A stretch of 46,039 nt of DNA, filler included, from Catajapyx aquilonaris (lineage: Eukaryota), in NCBI GenBank assembly GCA_000934665.2. It is 2 parts of 2 records of this genome, joined end to end, with 100 filler letters (N's around TTAATTAATTAA, not from the genome) between each part and the next. Parts side by side here need not be neighbours in the genome. Positions count along the whole stretch, not along the records: positions 23,023 to 46,039 come from JYFJ02005815.1; 1 more part is not named here. One strand, 5' to 3'. Both the position numbers and the translations under genes were made by a program. This document shows, one piece after another, positions 39,867 to 46,039 of this stretch; position 1 is the first letter of the stretch, and the number at the start of each line of letters is the position of its first letter. The notes under the pieces were generated by a model. The model made no database searches and had not been told where the DNA came from. It saw only the letters and a program-made list of their open reading frames with translations.

Positions 39867-41213
39867 GACTCGGGAACAGATGAACACGTTTAGGTGAAAA
39901 AACTTGCTGACAATGACATTGTGTTTTGCTTTCTACAGTGAGTAAGCTGCTCCTGGCTGCATGAGTGGTGTGTGTGTGTGTGTGATTCATCGGGTACTGC
40001 CAGAGAAGAAGAACCGTTTTTAATGGTGCGGATGTGCGTGTGTGTACTGGACACGTCACACAAACCTGGGGGATTCTGTGTGTGCTTTTGTGTCTGCAGA
40101 AAAAAAAACATAATTATTAATAATGGTATTTCAAAAATGTGGGAGCGGAAAGTTTACCTGTTGGTGAGATGAGAGGCATTTCGAAAGGCTAACTGGCAAA
40201 AAATTTTCTTCTTCTTTCTGGTGTTGACCTCCAAAGGGGAAGTTTCTAGTCACAGTTTTATGGCTTGCAGGCGGACCTAAACCTGTGTACATACACACGA
40301 AAAAATATATACAGTATACACGACTCTCACCCAATCATAAAGAAAAAAATAACCCCCTCCTAACTTATTTAGTACCAGAGTTATAGGCCTACTTGCATTA
40401 TGTGATATATCACAGATAAAGAAAAAAAAAGATACCTAACTGTTTTGTAGTGTTCTATTAGATCTCCATGCCTTTTTCCTCGCTAAATTTAATTCAAACA
40501 CAAGAGTGCCTGTAATTCAAAGAGTGCCATGCTTTTGAGAGTTAAAAGAAAGAAAATAATAATAATAATCCATTGGCTTTTTTTCCCTCCTCCAAGGTCA
40601 CGATCCCCCTCTTCGAAGTCACTAATTGCTTTTTTCAATTCACTTCTGAGCGTCTTTGTACTGAACATTTTAGTGAATCATGACCATTCAGCTGCATTAC
40701 CAAGTTATCATTTCCATTGAATATTTTGGGGCGCCTTGTGAATAGATGGACATACGTATAATATATATCCAGAATAAATAAATAAATAAATAATGCTGGC
40801 ACGCTGAAAAAAGGAGTGCCGGACGTGTTTCATATCAGCCCACCCGACCCCAGAGATGGTTTTTTTGTAAAAAAAAATCATAATAAGTGTGCTTTTTCTC
40901 TCTGTTTTGGGTTACATTTGTACAGGTGAAGATGACCGGACAGAAAGGAAGAAAAAAAAAATAGTTTGTACGCCTTTTAGAAAACAGTCCCTCAAAACAC
41001 AATATTGTTGATCCTACCCCCTTGATTCCTCCTCCGAACTCAAAGAATATGTGTGCGTACAGTACAATGCAAACAACTCATATGGAGAAGACATAAGTGT
41101 GACTGAATCTGTTTCCGCTTCAGTTTTTAGTGTATATTTTTTTTGTTGGTTCCTTTGTTTGTTTGGTGGGCAGTTACCAACAGACTACTTCAGTGGATGT
41201 TTGTTAGTGAGAT

Positions 41214-41219
41214 AATAAA
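41214..41219 (+). terminator. Probable X11 polyadenylation signal (alternatives: AATA repeat at about 40773-40793 and AATAAA at 41290)
   Basis: AATAAA at the end of about 1.35 kb of UTR-like AT/UG-rich sequence following the X11 stop. Confidence 0.5.
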
Positions 41220-41548
41220 GATGAGGCTTTCGTTAACAATGTCACATGCTCCCTTCCTGTCTTGAACCCTCAGGCATCAGATAACGAGAAATAAAAAGAT
41301 GTTTCAGACTTATGCATTTGATGCAGTGTTGTGACCTCCCATCCTGTTGGCAGCAAGTAAAAATCAATGCCGATGATCAACAACCACAACAAGAAAATCC
41401 AACATGGTACCAGTCACGGCAGGACCCCCAATGCCGAGGGTGGGACTGCTTCGTCTCCGCATTTAATTTCAGCAGATTTTGGAACTGCCTGCGTGGGATG
41501 AACCGACTCTGCGGACTGGTGTCATATCTTCTCGACCACTGTGACGGC

Positions 41549-43167
41549 ATGTCCGCCTTGGGACATGCCAGGTTTTGTGAGAAAATTGCGCTTGGAGCAC
41601 CAACCATACTCAGTCTGTTTGGTTTCTTATTATTTTGTCTGTCGTTTACATTTTACTTCTTTGACAATTAGTGCAAATTTTGTCAGTTTTAATAAAAATA
41701 CTTTCCTATAAACAACTGGGGCTATGACTTTCATGTGTCGCATGTTAATGTTTGACTTCATATTGAGCAACAACTTCACGATTTGCATTAATGTTATGTA
41801 GTTAAGTATGTCCAATTAATAACTTTTACAGGCGTCTTCCAAATATTTTAATCTTTGGCATAACATGTTACACCAACCTGATGAATCTTTGAACAGGGCA
41901 GATTCCTGGTATAAAGGATGTGGAGGTGTGCATGAGACCTCCATGTGAGAAAATCTTGGTGGGTACCTGGGAGCAGCGGTACTCATGCCAGCTGCCTGAC
42001 GACTTAAAGAATTTTTATTTGACCACCGATGGGTTCAAGATGACTTGGAAGTTCAAGTACGGAGGTCGGTTTTTTACGACAGGTTCAAATAACTATCTTT
42101 CTCTATCTCTGTCATTGAGAGGTACTGTGCCTCGTGCATGCAGATACTGCTTGTGCTCAAACTTGCTTCCTTCCCCAAAGCTTCCAAAACCAACCTAGCC
42201 TAACCCTGCAAAACCAGTCCCAATCACAATGAGCATGACTTTCTTTTTCATATTTGACAACTTCCTTCACATATTTTTCTAGTGACGCTTCAAAGCTGCG
42301 GCATGGCACAACAAGACAACATGCACATACTTCATACAATAACTGTACATTTTTGCAATTGCTTTCTGTGCATTGGTTTAGTGGAAGTGTTTTTCCCCCT
42401 GTGCTTCTGTCATGTCTTATAGCAGCTTTTGCATTTGTGAATGCTTTTGAAAAATGCAGTGTTATTCTAATGGCTGTCTTATTGCTACCAGATGACATTT
42501 TGCCAACCGGCAGTGCTTGCATAAACCAACTGAGCCAACTTCAGAAGCTTACTGGCTTCTGCACAAGCACTGAGGAGTCACCGTTGGACCTGAACGATCT
42601 GAACCTGGAGCCAGATGGCATCCGAAAACCAAACCTGAGCCTCCGCAGCAAGGTCTTTGAACTGGACAACTGTGGAGAGGATGTCGGGTGGGCCTGCCTC
42701 GCTTACATGCCCAAACCCGTGAATTATGATGCGGACGCGCTGCCTGCTCCCCCTGAGGAGCCTTCAGTCTGGCTGCTAGACAGGGCCTTCCAGTGGCACT
42801 TCCTGGCCCCAAACTTCTCTGCCTATTTCCGCATGATGTTGGTCCACCTCGGACTGCCCCAGTGGCAGTGTCGCTTTACACAAACTGGACTAGCCCCATG
42901 GGCTGAGGTAATGAGTGTTGCTTGGGTCATTTAATAACCATGCAAAAGTCACGCATATGATCATAGTGGTGCTATAATTTGTAATGACATCACTATTTTG
43001 AATATCGTTATTAGTTGGTGTTCTCGTTGGTGGCACCGCATCTTCTCCAAGACAAGCCAAGCGTCAGGGAAATGGACATTCAAAACACTCTGGATGTGTC
43101 CATCTTCAGACGGAAGAAAGGAACCAAAGGCAAAAATCCAGCTAAAGAACCAGTCCAATCTACTTAA
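41549..43167 (+). CDS. TPGS2: Tubulin polyglutamylase complex subunit 2, 4 coding exons, about 266 aa
   Basis: Exons 41549-41612, 41897-42064, 42492-42907 and 43015-43167 join in frame (801 nt). Motifs EKIALG, WEQRYSCQLPDDLKNFYLTTDGFKMTW, VFELDNC and VWLLDRAFQWHFLAPNFSAYFRMMLVHLGLPQWQ match TPGS2. The start is uncertain (in-frame ATG also at 41498). Confidence 0.92.
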
Positions 43168-43205
43168 TCCTATTTGCACTCTCATTGCTCCAATATAATT
43201 GTTCA

Positions 43206-43211
43206 AATAAA
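43206..43211 (+). terminator. TPGS2 polyadenylation signal
   Basis: AATAAA about 40 nt after the stop; a second one at about 43228. Confidence 0.65.
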
Positions 43212-44925
43212 GTCTAAGCTTTCCAATAATAAACTTTGGATTATTACATTATACTCTCCTGACCTGCATATTTGTTCAGGACTCTCTACCTTTTAAAAGG
43301 CCATAAGGAGGCGGAAACATCAATCACGTCCTCATTAACCATGACATGCAATTATCCTAGGTACATGATAAGGCAGGTTGGAAGAGAAGCATTATGCCAC
43401 CCTGTGTCGCACAGGAGAGTAATTACCATCCTTGAACACAGCGCAATGTGTGGGAAATTCTTGCACATATTGCACTCTGAAACGCTGCAGCAAACTGACA
43501 TTTTGCAATAATTGTGGCCGAATTAATTGAATATGAAGTGTCCAACAATCCGTAACTTATTTCCTTTTAATTCCTGTTGACCTCTGAACTTACATACGTC
43601 CGGCTCTGTATAATTTACCTGATTCATGTTTGATAATTATGTGACATATACGTCTCGGATCAAGTCTCCAGCATCCGGAAACTTTCCCTTATCCTTCCAA
43701 CCGATCATGTCTCAAGCAACTGGATGCAACACTCCGTTGGCAAAATATAATATTCCAAGGTTCTGACCCGCTTTTTTTTTCCAAAAAAATGCAAGGATTT
43801 ACTACCTGGGAACAATCACACTCTGATAGTTTTTTAGTGAATAAAAATTGCCCTCCAAAAGTTAGAGGAGAAAATACATACCCGAAGGTAATTTGTATTT
43901 TCATTCGTTGTGCAAGCGACGAAGATCTCGTGCTAGTTTAGAACATGCCGGAAAGATCTGGAACAATGATGACCATCACTTTCACTTGACTCCAAGTGTC
44001 ACTCGTCATGAGCGCTGTTAAATAATAATCGGATTCTGACGCTATAAAATTTAATAAGCGTGACGAGTTACGACTGCAATATTAATATTGTTGACACTGT
44101 ATGAAATCCAAAGTGAATGAAAATATGCTGCAATATTGAATATTTTAACACTGGCATTTAATTGTGTCGGCGCTGTTTTAAAACATTACTCTTCCTGACA
44201 AGTCATACGCGCAAGACAATTATTTTTAACAATTATTTCCTCCTCTATTTGTGTCAATTTCTACTTAAAATTTTAGGCGAACAATTGAGTTTATTGGCAG
44301 AGAGAAAAATTCATAGAGCATGCACTTGGGGCCAGATTTTCTCCTAATTTGCCTCTAAGTGTTTTTAAACAACCTTCTTCATGATTTATTATAACGCGGA
44401 GACAGTGTGAGATTGCATAAATCTACATAATTTTTTAGAGGCGCAAATCCACGAAGAGAAATCCGCGTTGCGAAACAACAATCGTATGTGCTGCATTTTT
44501 CCAGCTCACATCTTATCTGTATACATATACCGGTGCTTTACCGCAACCTCCACTTTTTCCCCCGGCAGACTCTAAAATGTACATGTAATTACGGGGGGGC
44601 CAATATTTTAATCACATTGCATGGTCAACAATTTTTCGACACAACAAAAAGATAAGACGTTTTAAACATTCAAAATCTCCTGTGTCCTTACAACCATTCG
44701 TACAGAGTGGAGGATATTGCACTAGGTCTGTGTCTCTCTGGACCAAAAGTGCGTGAAGCGGGACCGACTTTCGCTTTGCTGGTCACTCGGGGGGGCGTGC
44801 CTTGACATACCGGGGTACACACATTCAGTGTGCTCAAAATTTGGCTTTTCTCCCCAAGGAGGAAACAGCCAGGACTGATGATGAAATTTATGTGGAGGAG
44901 GGGATGGGGGGAAAAAGTCGCCCCC

Positions 44926-44944
44926 CCAATGAGACATTATAAAA
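44926..44944 (+). promoter_or_regulatory. TATA box (TATAAAA 44938-44944) with an adjacent CCAAT
   Basis: Located about 100 nt upstream of the signal-peptide ATG at 45038. Confidence 0.7.
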
Positions 44945-45037
44945 GAGACCTGGACACTTCATCCACCTTGAAAGTCGTGGATTGAGTCGTGGTGTGTACA
45001 CAGTACACGACCAATATTTTAGTGTGTGACCTGAAGG

Positions 45038-46039
45038 ATGATGCGAGTCAGTGTTGTGTTGGTTTGGATTGTTGTGATCCACTCTGTGGCTGGGAAATTG
45101 TACGATGAGTGAGTATGCAGCATTACATTCAGATGAGTGCAGCGCACTGGTGGCGCCACGAGTCACTGGCGGAAAAAAGAGCGATATTTTCCGCCATCGA
45201 CTCGAGGCGTCACCATCCCAACATCCTTATTTACACATCTTGAAGAGTAGGCTATGTATGGACGACTATTTGTCCTTGTCATTGCGCAATTATTTCATTT
45301 ATTTGTGACTATCCCTACACTACTGTCTGGTCTTATTCATACACCTCATAGTCTCAGCAGAAAGAATTCAAAAGGCCGGAGCCACATTCCAGTCCATCAT
45401 TAATGTCACGACGTTAATTATGAAATATGGCCCCATTCGCGCCTGAAAAAAGAAACACTTCAGCCTAATAACAATATTGTCTTTTTTTATTTTAAAAAAA
45501 AAGAGAAGCGTCTGATAGACTACTTTTGAGATTTTATGCCAACCTTATACGTGCATAATGTGATGTAATCTGTCCGGATCCGACATTGACGCCCTGTAAT
45601 TTTCATCCCCAAATTAGCCGTCACAGAGGCCACTACGCTGCCAAGTACCGCTACGACTACACTGAATACGGAGACAAACACGGTCCGTACTACAGGGTAC
45701 ACAGGTTCAAGAAAGTGCCCGAGCCACACCTTCCACACGGACCTGGAGGTCCCCATCACGGGGGTCACGGAGGTCACCCATTGCCTCCGATCCATCCTCA
45801 GCAGGGACACGACCATGGCTACGGACACCACGACCTGGGTTACAACACCCACGGGTACGAGCACCAAAATCACCATCACTACTACCCGGACATCTACTAC
45901 GGAGGACACGGAGGATCGGTGTTGGGGCTGAGCAAGCCGAGCCACGGAATTAAGATTGGTGACTACGGCCACTACCACGGAGGATCGGTGTTGGGTCTAA
46001 ACAAGCCCAGTCACGGAATCGTGCACGGAACCAAAATTG
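45038..46039 (+). CDS. Secreted His/Gly/Tyr-rich repetitive protein (cuticle/structural-like), 3' truncated by the window
   Basis: Exon 45038-45108 encodes the signal peptide MMRVSVVLVWIVVIHSVAG-KLYD with donor GA|GTGAGT (phase 2). Exon 45618-end follows ATTAG| and reads RHRGHYAAKYRYDY...HGPGGPHHGGHGGH...HGGSVLGLSKPSHGI with no stop and C-ending codon bias. It is absent from the supplied ORF track, which shows only its antisense. Confidence 0.85.

Noticed and set aside
45520..45978. 152-aa Val-rich minus-strand ORF
   Set aside because: It is the antisense shadow of the CAC/TAC-rich His/Tyr exon on the + strand.

Overview
Eukaryotic, intron-containing genomic DNA, most likely from an arthropod (inferred from the X11/lin-10 sequence, short GT-AG introns and a Nin/Deu-type SINE). 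There are no prokaryotic features. Four + strand protein genes can be assembled by hand from splice signals: (1) a complete 7-exon cathepsin L-like papain-family protease (1324-4041, 331 aa); (2) X11/Mint/lin-10 (PTB + 2 PDZ; recognisable coding exons 29144-39866, 5' end not located); (3) TPGS2 (41549-43167, about 266 aa), immediately downstream of the X11 3' UTR; (4) a secreted His/Gly/Tyr-rich repetitive protein (45038 to the window end) with a TATA promoter. The most striking structure is the splicing architecture of the X11 PTB domain. A 522-nt in-frame cassette carries a 70-codon acidic tract plus a second, basic copy of the PTB N-terminal strand/helix, and there are candidate 6-nt and 18-nt microexons. 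The left half is non-coding and rich in small transposons: two back-to-back TTA-flanked Harbinger-type MITEs upstream of the cathepsin, a recurring nested element, and a tRNA-derived SINE. It also holds a candidate minus-strand recursive splice site. A 100-nt artificial spacer at 22923-23022 means contiguity of the two halves is not guaranteed. All gene models are manual and untested against transcripts.
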